A stretch of DNA of 64,000 nucleotides from Candidatus Carthagonibacter metallireducens (GCA_023554445.1 JAMJQQ010000119.1:1925-65924), one strand, 5' to 3'; shown: positions 29,221 to 38,914, numbered from the stretch's first letter. Translations and numbers: made by a program. The notes: a model not told the origin generated them from the letters alone.

Positions 29221-30680
29221 AACAGGGTCTCGTTCATGTCTCCACCGAGTGCGCTCGTCGCCTCCGAGGGTGACGAAGGCGGTTTGCGCGCAAACAGGAC
29301 CTTCAATGCCGGCGGCACGATGAAGGTGGAGAGAATCACCATGATCAGGATCGCGCTGTACACCGACGAGGAGAGGATGCCGGCCGTGAGTCCGATCGAG
29401 GCGAAGATCAACCCCACCTCGCCTCGCGGAACCATGCCCACGCCCACGAGCAGCTTCGAGGTATCCGAGCGGGTGACTCCGAAGCCCGAGACCAGCTTGC
29501 CGATGATCGCGACCACCGTGAGGATCAGTCCGACGAACAGCACCCCGAGATCGAAGTCCTCGCTGCCCGGTATGAACAGGCGCACGTTCACCGGCGCCCC
29601 TACCGCCACGAAGAAGATCGGCGTGAAGATGTCCGCTACCGGCTCGATCCGCTCAACGACCGCATCGAACTGGTTGGTCGAAGAGAGCACGAGACCAGCC
29701 GCGAAAGCTCCGATGATCATCGCTGATCCGGCCAGGTCGGCGAGCGCCGCTATGGCCAGCGCGAAGCAGAAGGCCGCGACGAGCAGGACGCCACGCGTGC
29801 GCATCCGGTCGACGAAGTCGAAAATCGCCGGAGCGAATCTGGTCCCGAGCACTACGGCGAGCACGAGGAATCCGACCGCGAACAGGAAGATTTTGCCCAC
29901 CGAGAGGACGCCCAGGGCGGCCCCTCCGACCATTCCGGACACCACTGCGAGAATCACGATGCCGAGTACGTCGTCGATCACCGCTGCGCCAATGATGATT
30001 CGCGCTTCCGGCGTGTGCATCCGATTCAGGTCGGAAAGCACCCGTGCGGTTATGCCCACCGAGGTGGCCGTGAGTGTCGCACCGACGAAGATGGCGACGA
30101 CCGTGAAGGTCACGCCCTCAGGGTGGACACCGATCGAAGGGTTGGCATAGTACCAGTAGAGGAACCCGAGCAGGAACGGTAAGAAGACCCCGATAAGAGC
30201 GACCCGTACCGCCGTCGGTCCGACCCGGAACATTTCCTTCAGGTCGGTCTCGAGGCCGATCTCGAACAACAGCAGCACGACACCGATCTCGGCGAGGACG
30301 TGAACGATTTCATACAGATCGCCCTGCGCCGGAATCACCCCAAGCACGCTAGCGCCGAGGATCACGCCCGCCACCAGTTCGCCGAGGACAGCGGGTTGTC
30401 CACGGCGCTCGGCCAGTTCCCCGAGAACCTTGGCACTGACCAGAATCGCGATCAGAACGAAGAAGACGTCCCGGATACGGGGACCGTGACCATTCTCGCC
30501 CTCCGCGTGCGCCGGCTCTCCAGCTTCGGAATGGTCCTGGTCGGTCGCTTGAGGAGTCGCGTGCTCCTGGACCTCGGCTGCAGGCGTGGATTGCTCGATC
30601 GGGGTCGAATCGGGAGCCGAGCGGAGCAGTCCGGAGCCGGGGCCACCGACTAGCACGGCAAGCCCGAGCAACAGAAGCAT
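29217..30680 (-). CDS. Cation:proton antiporter (CPA2, KefB/NapA-like)
   Basis: Polytopic protein. A start at ATG 30680 gives MLLLLGLAVLVGG. The ORF-track start at 30749 adds an Arg-rich extension. Confidence 0.75.
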   Translation of the reverse strand: MLLLLGLAVLVGGPGSGLLRSAPDSTPIEQSTPAAEVQEHATPQATDQDHSEAGEPAHAEGENGHGPRIRDVFFVLIAILVSAKVLGELAERRGQPAVLGELVAGVILGASVLGVIPAQGDLYEIVHVLAEIGVVLLLFEIGLETDLKEMFRVGPTAVRVALIGVFLPFLLGFLYWYYANPSIGVHPEGVTFTVVAIFVGATLTATSVGITARVLSDLNRMHTPEARIIIGAAVIDDVLGIVILAVVSGMVGGAALGVLSVGKIFLFAVGFLVLAVVLGTRFAPAIFDFVDRMRTRGVLLVAAFCFALAIAALADLAGSAMIIGAFAAGLVLSSTNQFDAVVERIEPVADIFTPIFFVAVGAPVNVRLFIPGSEDFDLGVLFVGLILTVVAIIGKLVSGFGVTRSDTSKLLVGVGMVPRGEVGLIFASIGLTAGILSSSVYSAILIMVILSTFIVPPALKVLFARKPPSSPSEATSALGGDMNETLF

Positions 30681-30742
30681 CAGCCTGAAAGGTCGGGGTC
30701 CCGACCGGCCGTTCGACCCCACCCGGCCGGATCCTCTGCGGC

Positions 30743-31262
30743 CTACCACTGGGACTGCGCTCCGTCGACGATCTTCTGAACCAGGTCTCTGATCGCCAGC
30801 TCCTGACCTCGCGTTTCGAGCTCGGTCTCGGGTGTGTATTCTCCGATACCTGTCACAGATCCCCCGCTCCAGATGATCTCGTTTCGCGTGTTGTCGATGA
30901 TCTCGACCCTCGCCGACAGCCGGATCCGACGCTGAAACACCTCCGCGCCGACCTCTTCCTGACTGGCGAAGTTCACCGCCGTGTCGTCGTACCGTGACAG
31001 GGTCGTGAGCACCGTCGCATCCGCTGACTCCTCTGGTCCGAGCTGGGCCCCGAGGCGTCCGGTGGCCGCATCCAGCAGCTCCTGCGTGACCTGCTCGGTC
31101 AGCGCGAACTGGGTCGTCTGGTTGTCGACCGGTGCCACGTAGATCGTCTCCACGTGCGAAGGCAGGCCTCCGCCACCGGAGAACGTGTAATTGCAGCCGC
31201 TCAGCGCCGCCAGCGCCAGCAACCCACTCGCGCCGATTCTATTGCGTGTACGGAAGCGCATA
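30743..31262 (-). CDS. Outer-membrane lipoprotein, possibly LptE-like
   Basis: Start MRFRTRNRIGASGLLALAALSGC at 31262 has a lipobox. At about 172 aa it has an LptE-like size and composition. Sequence similarity is not strong. Confidence 0.5.
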
Positions 31263-31925
31263 AATTTCACCGGGATGTCGGGCCACCGGACTCTGTACCT
31301 CCTCGATCTCCCATCGCACCCGGCTGGGGCGCTCGAAATCACGATACTCGGCCTGGACTGGCCAGGTACCCGTTTCCGACCATTCCACCCGAACACGTCG
31401 AAGCACCCTGTCGCGCCGCCGTTCCTCCACCGATCCGAGCCTTCCTCCCTCCAGGTGATACACGAACGTCCGATCGCCGACGGGTCCATAGACGAGGACC
31501 GAGTCTGCGCCGTTCACGAAGGCCCGTGGCGCTGGACCGGAGTCCGGTCGGAACATGCCTGCCATCGCGAAGATGAACGGTCGCGGGGGCACGTCCACGT
31601 CTTCGATCTGGCCCCGCGACGTCAGACGGCCGGCGGCACTGGCGATCGCCATCGCCACGTCGCCGGATGTGAACAGGTCGATTCTCAGGCTGTCGGGAGG
31701 ATTGAAGCGCCCCACACCCTCGCCTTCGACATCCCCACGACGATCACCGTAGCGCCACGCGAATCGGAGATTCGCCGGCGCCTCCACACCTGGTTCCGAG
31801 ACGAGGCGAGCAGCGATCGCTGCCGGATCGTCGAGCGGGATCCCGCTCTCCACGGACGTGGCACAGGCCACGACCAATGGCGTCGAGGCGAGCACTCCGA
31901 GTCGGCGCAGCGATCTCATGTTCAA
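31239..31925 (-). CDS. Lipoprotein, hypothetical (possibly LolB-like or DUF4292-like)
   Basis: Has a signal plus lipobox (MNMRSLRRLGVLASTPLVVAC). No catalytic motifs. Confidence 0.5.
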   Translation of the reverse strand: MNMRSLRRLGVLASTPLVVACATSVESGIPLDDPAAIAARLVSEPGVEAPANLRFAWRYGDRRGDVEGEGVGRFNPPDSLRIDLFTSGDVAMAIASAAGRLTSRGQIEDVDVPPRPFIFAMAGMFRPDSGPAPRAFVNGADSVLVYGPVGDRTFVYHLEGGRLGSVEERRRDRVLRRVRVEWSETGTWPVQAEYRDFERPSRVRWEIEEVQSPVARHPGEIYALPYTQ

Positions 31926-31959
31926 CGTGCGGCCAAGCTACCGGCGCCACAAAACCGGG

Positions 31960-32394
31960 TCAAGAAATCGGATCCGCGCAGAGATCTGCGAGGATCCGCA
32001 TGGCAGAGTCCGGCATGCGGCGAGGACGGAGACCGGCGTCGGTGCAAACCAGTGTGGTCGATCCGCTGGCGAGGCGCACGCCGTCATCGGCTCTTATCGC
32101 CTCGTACCCGAAGGTTACCGACCGGCTGCGCACCTCCACCACGCGCGTGAGGATCTCGACACGCTCGTCGTAGCCGGCGCCTTTTCGGTAGCTGAGTTCG
32201 GCGCGAGCGACGGGGAGCAGAATCCCACTCCTCTCCAGCTCGGCATACGAGAGGCCGTTCATGCGCATCAACTCCGTTCGGCCCAGTTCGAACCATGCCA
32301 GGTAGTTCATGTGGTGGGCGTGGCCCATCTGGTCGGTCTCGGCATACCTGACCCGGATTTCGGTCCGGCTGCCCGGGATCTCCTGATCTTCCAT
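31960..32394 (-). CDS. Acyl-CoA thioesterase (hotdog fold, YbgC / 4HBT family)
   Basis: Internal start MEDQEIPGSRTEIRVRYAETDQMGHAHHMNYLAWFELGRTELMR at 32394. The long ORF-track N-terminus is junk. Confidence 0.75.
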   Translation of the reverse strand: MEDQEIPGSRTEIRVRYAETDQMGHAHHMNYLAWFELGRTELMRMNGLSYAELERSGILLPVARAELSYRKGAGYDERVEILTRVVEVRSRSVTFGYEAIRADDGVRLASGSTTLVCTDAGLRPRRMPDSAMRILADLCADPIS

Positions 32395-32457
32395 CGCGCG
32401 CGGCACTCCTCTCCACACCTGTCGCCTGATTCTCGAACCGCCTCTATACTGTCGCAG

Positions 32458-33285
32458 ATGGACCCGAATGGCACGCTGATCGTCTCGGACGCCCACCTCG
32501 GCGCCGCCCCCGCCGACCACGAGGCGGCCTTCCTTCGCTTTCTCGAAAGCGTGGTCGACCGCACCCGTGACCTTGTGATCAACGGCGACCTGTTCGATTT
32601 CTGGTTCGAATACGGAACGGTCATTCAACGGCGGCATTTTCCGGTCCTCAAGATCCTCCGGTCCCTGGTCGAGTCGGGCGTCCGCGTTCGACTCGTGGCC
32701 GGCAATCACGATTTCTGGGGAGGCTCGTTCCTCACCGATCAGATCGGCCTGGAGCTCGTCGAAGGGCCGGTTCGAACCGAGATCGGGGGACGTCCGGCCC
32801 TCCTGGCCCACGGCGATGGTCTCGGCAGCGGCGACCTCGGATACAAGGCCCTGAAGCGGGTGATCCGTGGACGCCCGGCTCGCAGCGCATTTCGTTGGCT
32901 GCATCCTGACCTCGCGGCCGGGATCATCCGGCTGGTCAGCCGCACTGAGAGTCGGCATGGGCGGACGCCGGATGCAGAATCGCTGGGCAGGGCGGGCCGG
33001 CTTCACGAGTGGGCGGCCGATCGTCTCGCGGAAGATCCGGACCTGCAGGTCGTGGCCCTCGCTCACTGCCACGTTCCCGAGATCCGCGAAATCCTGCCCG
33101 GGCGGTTCTACGTCAACTCCGGAGACTGGGTTCAGCATTGCAGCTGGGCCGAATTCAGTCCCGACGGGGTGCGCGTGCTGGGGCTCGCCGGCTCCGGTTC
33201 GGATGACGCGACCGAGGTGCTGTATGAGGTGGTCTACCCGTCAGGGCCCGACCGGAATGCTGTATTGGAAGGCGGCTCCGGGTGA
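32458..33285 (+). CDS. lpxH: UDP-2,3-diacylglucosamine hydrolase-like metallophosphoesterase
   Basis: MDPNGTLIVSDAHLGAAP...VINGDLFDFWFEYG...LVAGNHDFW, the LpxH/calcineurin-like phosphoesterase motifs. Confidence 0.7.
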   Translation: MDPNGTLIVSDAHLGAAPADHEAAFLRFLESVVDRTRDLVINGDLFDFWFEYGTVIQRRHFPVLKILRSLVESGVRVRLVAGNHDFWGGSFLTDQIGLELVEGPVRTEIGGRPALLAHGDGLGSGDLGYKALKRVIRGRPARSAFRWLHPDLAAGIIRLVSRTESRHGRTPDAESLGRAGRLHEWAADRLAEDPDLQVVALAHCHVPEIREILPGRFYVNSGDWVQHCSWAEFSPDGVRVLGLAGSGSDDATEVLYEVVYPSGPDRNAVLEGGSG

Positions 33286-33805
33286 GCCATCGGGAGGCGG
33301 GACGACTTCACCCGTGAAATCCCAGAGTTGTGCCGACACCCAGGCATCGACTCCAGCGAACAGAGCCCAGAAGACGGCCAGGGTCGCCCAGTCTTCGAAC
33401 TGGGCTTCCCTCGCGGCAATCAAGTCCTCGTCGAGGGGGTTCGATCGTTTCGCCGCGTTCAGCTTCGCATTCGTCTTCAGGAGCATCCATAGACTGCCTG
33501 CCTCCATCGCGAAGTAGAACGCGCCGCGTCCCGGCTGGTCTACCGAGATCTGGCCCCAGCCCGGCAGAATCAGCGATCGAAAGAAGGCTCCCGTCGGGCT
33601 GACCGGCGGGGTGGGACCTGCGCTGTCGGCCGGGGCCTCCTGCCGGACGGGCGACGTGAGTTGCTCGGCGGCCGACGCCTCGAGAGGAGCTTCGGAAGCG
33701 GCGAGGGAATCGGCGCGGCCGGGCGGATCGGTTTCCTGACCACGTAGTGATCCCGTCGGAAAGGCGACCAGAAGGAAAGCGAGAAAACCGACCGACCGCC
33801 TGCAT
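33241..33805 (-). pseudogene. DUF5683-like secreted protein with an apparent frameshift at an (ACCG)3 tetranucleotide repeat just after the start codon
   Basis: ATG 33805 (MQAVG...) is out of frame with the downstream signal-peptide ORF (...VGFLAFLLVAFPTGSLRGQ...LILPGWGQISVDQPGRGAFYFAMEAGSLWMLL). Removing one cggt unit (33787-33798) joins them. There is no in-frame canonical start downstream of tRNA-Sec. Confidence 0.5.
33787..33798. repeat. (ACCG)3 tetranucleotide repeat at the frameshift point
   Basis: Plus strand reads accgaccgaccg. Confidence 0.9.
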
Positions 33806-33850
33806 CGGGCGAGCTGCCTCCCTGCCGGCTCGCAGGCCGCGCTCTCCCTA

Positions 33851-33944
33851 CGGGAGCGCGTGGGAATCGAACCCACCCGGGACGCTGTTCGCACCCCGAA
33901 ACGGTTTTGAAGACCGCTGGCGACACCAGCCGCCATCCGCCCCC
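33851..33944 (-). tRNA. selC: tRNA-Sec (selC), anticodon UCA
   Basis: The reverse complement is GGGGGCGG-AT-GGCGGC-TGGT-GTCGCC-A-GCGGT-CTTCAAA-ACCGT-[24-nt variable arm]-GTGGG-TTCGATT-CCCAC-GCGCTCCC-G. It has an 8-bp acceptor (7 pairs plus one mismatch), 6-bp D-stem, 4-nt D-loop, UCA anticodon, long variable arm, 5-bp T-stem and discriminator G, the 8/5 bacterial tRNA-Sec architecture. The T-arm closely resembles E. coli selC. Confidence 0.8.
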
Positions 33945-33984
33945 CTGCGCTCAGCCGAATTGCTCCTCCTCGACCCCGGGGCCG

Positions 33985-34371
33985 TCAGGGCAGCCGGGCG
34001 ACGACGTCGATCTCGACACGCGCCCCGGCAGGCAAGGCTCCCGCTTCGATGGTCGAGCGAGCCGGATAGGGTTCTGTGAAGTGCTCGGCATAGATCTCGT
34101 TGAGTTCGGCGAAGTCCGCCATGTCGGCCACGTAGACCGTGGTCTTCACGACGTCCCCGAAGCCGGCCCCGGCCGCGGCCAGGACCGCCGCCAGGTTCTC
34201 GAACACCCGGTATGCCTGCTCCCGGAGTCCGGGTGCCACGAGCTGGCCGGTCGACGGATCGAGTCCGATCTGACCCGCCGAGAAAAGAAATCCCCCGGCC
34301 ACGCAAGCCTGCGAATACGGGCCGATGGCCGCCGGCGCACCATCGGTGTGCAGCGCTTCGACGTGATGCAT
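33985..34371 (-). CDS. ridA: RidA/YjgF-family reactive-intermediate (enamine/imine) deaminase
   Basis: 128 aa with APAAIGPYSQA...VKTTVYV...ARSTIEA, the RidA signature. Confidence 0.9.
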   Translation of the reverse strand: MHHVEALHTDGAPAAIGPYSQACVAGGFLFSAGQIGLDPSTGQLVAPGLREQAYRVFENLAAVLAAAGAGFGDVVKTTVYVADMADFAELNEIYAEHFTEPYPARSTIEAGALPAGARVEIDVVARLP

Positions 34372-34390
34372 CTTCTGTCCTCCCGCCGGT

Positions 34391-36043
34391 TCAGAAAAGT
34401 CCTTCGATCGTCCCGTCCGGATGCACCTGCATCGCCTCTGCAGCGGGCTTTGCAGACAGTCCCGGCATCACCATTACATCCCCAGTCAGGGCTACGATGA
34501 ACCCGGCACCAGCGGAGATCCGAAACTCGCGGACAGTGATATCGAATCCGCTGGGCCTGCCCTGCAGGGTCGGATCGTCGCTGAGAGAATACTGCGTCTT
34601 GGCGATACAGACCGGGAGGTTGCCCAGACCGTTATCCACGATTCGCTGGGCCTCCTTCTCGGCCGACGGCAGGATGTTGACCCCGTCGGCTCCATAGACA
34701 TTTTCAGCGACCGATTCGATTTTCTCACGCAGGGTCGTGTCAAGATCGTACAGAGGCCGGAAATCGGCCTCGCCCTCGTCGAGGACGCCGAGCACCTTTT
34801 CGGCCAGCTCGATCCCGCCTTCGCCTCCGCGCGCCCATATGTCGCAGTCTGCGGCCCTCACCCCCCGCTCTTCGCAGAACGAGACGACCGCCTGAACCTC
34901 CTCGTCGGTGTCACTCGAGAACCGATTGACCGCGACGACGACAGGTACTCCGAACTGCACCAGGTTGTCGATGTGCGCCCCGAGGTTGTCGAGCCCGGCC
35001 CCGAGTCCAGCCGGTCCGCCGCCACCCGCCTTCTCGGCGTGGTGCTTCATCGCCCGTATCGTGGCCACCAGAACCGTTGCCTCGGGCCGTATCTCGCCCA
35101 TGCGGCACTTGATGTCGAAGAACTTCTCGGCGCCGAGGTCGGATCCGAAACCGGCCTCGGTGACCACGATGTCTCCGAGCGTCATCCCGGCATGTGTCGC
35201 GATCACCGAGTTGCATCCATGCGCAATGTTGGCGAACGGGCCGCCGTGCACGAGCGCCGGGCCACCCTCGATGGTCTGCACGAGATTCGGCCACAGGGCC
35301 TCCTTCATCAGCAGTCCCTGCGCCCCGGCCACGTTCAGATCCCCGGCTCGAACCAGGGTACCGTCGCGCCGGGCCCCGAGGACGATATTGGCGACACGCG
35401 TCTCGAAGTCCGCCAGATCGGACGCCAGACAGAAGATCGCCATGATCTCGGATGCCGCCGTGATCGACCAGCCCTCCTCACGCGGGATGCCTCCATTCAC
35501 CCCGCCGAGTCCGATGACGGCGCTGCGCAGAGCGCGATCGTTCATGTCTATCGCGCGCTTCCAGTTGATGCGTCGGACGTCGAGATCCAGTGAGTTGCCG
35601 CGGAACAGGTTGTTGTCCATCACGGCCGAGAGAAGGGAGTGCGCCGAGGTGATCGCGTGAAAATCCCCGGTGAAGTGCAGGTTGATCTCATCCATGGGAA
35701 GGACCTGGGAATACCCGCCACCCGCAGCTCCCCCCTTGATACCGAAGACGGGTCCGAGGGAAGGCTCCCGCAGGCAGAGCATGGTCTTCTTCTCGAGTCG
35801 ACGCAGCGCCTGCGCCAGGCCGACTGCGACCGTCGACTTGCCCTCACCCGCCGGCGTCGGCGTCATACCGGTCACCAGCACCACCTTGCCGCTTCTCTCC
35901 CGCCCCTCGAGCGCCCGCGGGTCGATCTTGGCCACGTAGTGACCATACGGGCGCAAATCGTCGTCGGAGAGATCGATCTCGGCGGCCACATCCCGGATCG
36001 GACGCAGAACTGCCTTCTGGGCAATCTCGATATCTGAGGGCAT
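34391..36043 (-). CDS. fhs: Formate-tetrahydrofolate ligase
   Basis: Start MPSDIEIAQ at 36043 with an AAAGGAAAT SD. Full-length FTHFS similarity (GEGKSTV, PALVHGGPFANIAHGCNS). Confidence 0.9.
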   Translation of the reverse strand: MPSDIEIAQKAVLRPIRDVAAEIDLSDDDLRPYGHYVAKIDPRALEGRERSGKVVLVTGMTPTPAGEGKSTVAVGLAQALRRLEKKTMLCLREPSLGPVFGIKGGAAGGGYSQVLPMDEINLHFTGDFHAITSAHSLLSAVMDNNLFRGNSLDLDVRRINWKRAIDMNDRALRSAVIGLGGVNGGIPREEGWSITAASEIMAIFCLASDLADFETRVANIVLGARRDGTLVRAGDLNVAGAQGLLMKEALWPNLVQTIEGGPALVHGGPFANIAHGCNSVIATHAGMTLGDIVVTEAGFGSDLGAEKFFDIKCRMGEIRPEATVLVATIRAMKHHAEKAGGGGPAGLGAGLDNLGAHIDNLVQFGVPVVVAVNRFSSDTDEEVQAVVSFCEERGVRAADCDIWARGGEGGIELAEKVLGVLDEGEADFRPLYDLDTTLREKIESVAENVYGADGVNILPSAEKEAQRIVDNGLGNLPVCIAKTQYSLSDDPTLQGRPSGFDITVREFRISAGAGFIVALTGDVMVMPGLSAKPAAEAMQVHPDGTIEGLF

Positions 36044-36071
36044 CTCGATTTCCTTTCGGTTGGACCGGGAT

Positions 36072-37151
36072 TCAGTCCCGGCGGGCGAGCTCTTCCAGCA
36101 ACTCTTCCCTGGTGACCGGCACCGCGCCGATGCGTCCGACTTCGATCCCGGCGGCCACGTTGGCCAACGCAGCCGCCTCGGGCAGCTCTGCCGCACCTAT
36201 CAACGAGGTGGCGATGGTCGCGATCACGGTGTCACCTGCGCCGGTGACATCAAACACTTCTCGCGCTCTGGACGGTATCCTGCATTGCCCGGGGCGATCA
36301 TGCGAGAGCAGAACCATGCCTTCCTCGCCCAGCGTCAGCAGTAGATTCTCGCAGCCCAGACGATCGAGGAGTGGTCGCAGGTCGCGCTCGGCGCTCGGTG
36401 CCCGCTCGAGCCCGAGAGCCGCAGCCAGTTCCCGGACGTTCGGTTTGAACAGCCAGGCCCCCTGGAAGTCGAAAAAATGGCGCAGCTTCGGATCGACGAC
36501 TGACGGAATCCCCAGGCGACGCGCTTCCCGCAGAAGAACTCCGGACAATTCCGGAGACAGTACGCCCTTGTCGTAGTCCTCTAGAACGAGAACATCCGCG
36601 GCCTCGAGCGCTGCCAGCGACTTCGCCTCCAGCTCCGACGCCACCTCAGAATCGACCGGTGCCGCCGACTCCCGGTCGATACGGAGGATCTGCTGGTGGC
36701 GTGCCAGGATGCGGGTCTTTTCGGTCGTCGGGCGGGTCGTGTCGGTGACGAGGTCCGCGACGGGGACGCCGTGCGCTGTCAGCAGCTGCCGAACAGCCTG
36801 GCCCGATCGATCATCACCGACCGTCGCGACGATTCGGCATTGGGCCCCTAGGGCGACGACGCCTGCCGCCACGTTCGCAGCTCCACCGAGCGCCTCGCGT
36901 TCATTGGCGACGTGCACCACGGGCACCGGAGCCTCGGGAGAGATGCGATCGACGCTGCCCTCGAGGTAGCGATCCAGCATCGCGTCGCCCACGACCAGCA
37001 CCGTGCCGCCAGTCGCGGCATCGAGCAAAGAACGCGCCCGGGTGCTTCCGAGTCGAGCCTCGTAATCCGTCACGGTCCGCCTTGCGAAGGGTCGGGATCT
37101 CCGGTAATCTGCGGCCACCCGTCGGCAGGATCGTAACACCTTGCCGGGCAA
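36072..37151 (-). CDS. D-glycero-beta-D-manno-heptose-7-phosphate kinase (HldE domain I / RfaE1, PfkB family)
   Basis: VLVVGDAMLDRYLEG...ISPEAPVPVVHV...GGAANVA...DVTGAGDTV aligns with the E. coli HldE N-terminal domain. The start may be GTG 37073; the ORF track begins at TTG 37151. Confidence 0.85.
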   Translation of the reverse strand: MPGKVLRSCRRVAADYRRSRPFARRTVTDYEARLGSTRARSLLDAATGGTVLVVGDAMLDRYLEGSVDRISPEAPVPVVHVANEREALGGAANVAAGVVALGAQCRIVATVGDDRSGQAVRQLLTAHGVPVADLVTDTTRPTTEKTRILARHQQILRIDRESAAPVDSEVASELEAKSLAALEAADVLVLEDYDKGVLSPELSGVLLREARRLGIPSVVDPKLRHFFDFQGAWLFKPNVRELAAALGLERAPSAERDLRPLLDRLGCENLLLTLGEEGMVLLSHDRPGQCRIPSRAREVFDVTGAGDTVIATIATSLIGAAELPEAAALANVAAGIEVGRIGAVPVTREELLEELARRD

Positions 37152-37244
37152 CGCGCTCGGGAGGTTCGAACCGGACTTTCGGCCGCGAAGTTAGCGGGCA
37201 CGCGGGGGAGAGTCAAAGCCGGAGCGCACCTCGAGTCCAACCGC

Positions 37245-38075
37245 ATGATCGTTCGGAAAGCCGCCCTCACCCCGGTGCGCTATGCGGGCAGTTCCTTGCG
37301 GGAGCTCGCCTGGCACACGCAGCGCTACTTCACCCTCCTCTGGCGATCCATCCACGGCACGGTCACACGTCCGTTCTACGGTAAGGACCTCGCGGTGCAG
37401 CTGGACTCGATTGGTGTCGGATCGATCGGGATCGTGATTCTGACGGGTCTGTTCACGGGGATGGTGCTCGCACTCCAGTCGGCGGTCGAGATGCGTCAGT
37501 TCGGAGCGACCATTTACATCGGTCGCCTGGTGGGCGCCAGTACGGTCCGTGAGCTCGGGCCTGTCCTCACCGCCCTCATGGTCACAGGCCGAGCAGGTTC
37601 CGGGATCGCTGCAGAGCTCGGGGCGATGCGGGTCACGGAACAGATCGACGCTCTGAACACGATGGGAGTTGACCCGGTCCGCAAACTCGTGGTGCCGCGG
37701 TTCGTGGCATGTCTGATCGCTCTGCCCCTGCTGACGATCATAACTGACCTGGTGGCGATCTTCGGAGGCCTGCTGATCGCGGTGGTCAAGCTCGACTTGA
37801 CCTTCGACCTGTACATGCGCTCGGTCTACTCCACGCTGGCCCAGAACGGCTTTCTGCTGCGCTACATCCCGATCGACTTCGTGTCCGGTCTCAGCAAGCC
37901 GCTCTTCTTCGGTGCGATCATCGCGATCACCTCGTGTTATTACGGGCTCTCGACTCGCGGCGGCACGGAGGGCGTGGGACGAGCGGCGACAGGAGCGGTC
38001 GTCACTTCGTCGATCTTCATCCTCGCGACGGACTACTTCCTCACGCAGCTGATCATCGGGTTGTTCATCGAATGA
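37245..38075 (+). CDS. mlaE: Phospholipid ABC transporter permease MlaE
   Basis: 276-aa MlaE/Ttg2B-family permease (SIGVGSIGIVILTGLFTGMVLALQS). Confidence 0.85.
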   Translation: MIVRKAALTPVRYAGSSLRELAWHTQRYFTLLWRSIHGTVTRPFYGKDLAVQLDSIGVGSIGIVILTGLFTGMVLALQSAVEMRQFGATIYIGRLVGASTVRELGPVLTALMVTGRAGSGIAAELGAMRVTEQIDALNTMGVDPVRKLVVPRFVACLIALPLLTIITDLVAIFGGLLIAVVKLDLTFDLYMRSVYSTLAQNGFLLRYIPIDFVSGLSKPLFFGAIIAITSCYYGLSTRGGTEGVGRAATGAVVTSSIFILATDYFLTQLIIGLFIE

Positions 38076-38911
38076 GCGGCACGCGGGACCTTCTCTGGGA
38101 CTCGGGACACCTGCGACTCGAGCGGGAGGAGGCACGACGCCTGATGGAGGAAGGCGGCGCGCCCAGCCCGCAGTCCTCGGACGACCCCCTGATCTCGCTG
38201 AAGGATCTCGATCTTCGATTCGGCGATCATGTCGTCCTCGATGGGATCTCGCTGGACGTCTGGTCAGGCGAGACGGTGTGCATCCTCGGAGGATCGGGAG
38301 CGGGGAAGTCGACCATCCTGAGGCTGATTCTAGGGTTGATCAAGCCGAACGGTGGACAGATTCTCGTCAGAGGCCGGGATGTTGCGACCGCCTCGCGCGA
38401 GGAATTGCTCGAGCTCCGCAAGGACATGGGGATGGTGTTCCAGGAGGCCGCGCTGTTCGACTCGCTCACCGTCTACGACAACGTGGCCTTCTATCTGCAC
38501 GAGCACGAGGATCTGCCGGAGGAGGAGGTCGCGCGCCGCGTGGACGAGTCACTCCGCATGGTGGATCTCGACCCGGAACAGGTCGAAGACTTGCTGCCGG
38601 CCGAGCTCAGTGGAGGCATGAAGAAGCGGGTCGGGATCGCTCGCGCCCTGATTCACCAGCCGTCGATCCTGCTCTACGACGAGCCGACCAGTGGACTCGA
38701 CCCGATCACGACCCGAACGATCGACGACCTGGTGCTCAAGCTGCAGCGTGAACTCGGGGTAACGAGCGTCGTGGTGACGCACGACATCCGCTCGGCCTTC
38801 CGGATCGGCAACCGTGTGGCTCTATTGTTCGGCGGCGAGATCGTCTTCCAGGGCACCCCGGAAGAAATGATGGAATCCGGCGATGGGTATGTACGTGAAT
38901 TCCTGCACTGA
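38072..38911 (+). CDS. mlaF: Phospholipid ABC transporter ATP-binding protein MlaF
   Basis: ATG 38072 overlaps the mlaE stop in ATGA. Has Walker A (GGSGAGKST) and signature (LSGGMKKRV). Confidence 0.85.
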   Translation: MSGTRDLLWDSGHLRLEREEARRLMEEGGAPSPQSSDDPLISLKDLDLRFGDHVVLDGISLDVWSGETVCILGGSGAGKSTILRLILGLIKPNGGQILVRGRDVATASREELLELRKDMGMVFQEAALFDSLTVYDNVAFYLHEHEDLPEEEVARRVDESLRMVDLDPEQVEDLLPAELSGGMKKRVGIARALIHQPSILLYDEPTSGLDPITTRTIDDLVLKLQRELGVTSVVVTHDIRSAFRIGNRVALLFGGEIVFQGTPEEMMESGDGYVREFLH

Positions 38912-38914
38912 GCA

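Noticed and set aside
27568-30150. 860-aa plus-strand ORF across rdgB, ctaB, the rfaE-II gene and the CPA2 antiporter
   Set aside because: Arg/Gly/Pro/His-rich antisense artefact. All four opposite-strand genes have strong family signatures.
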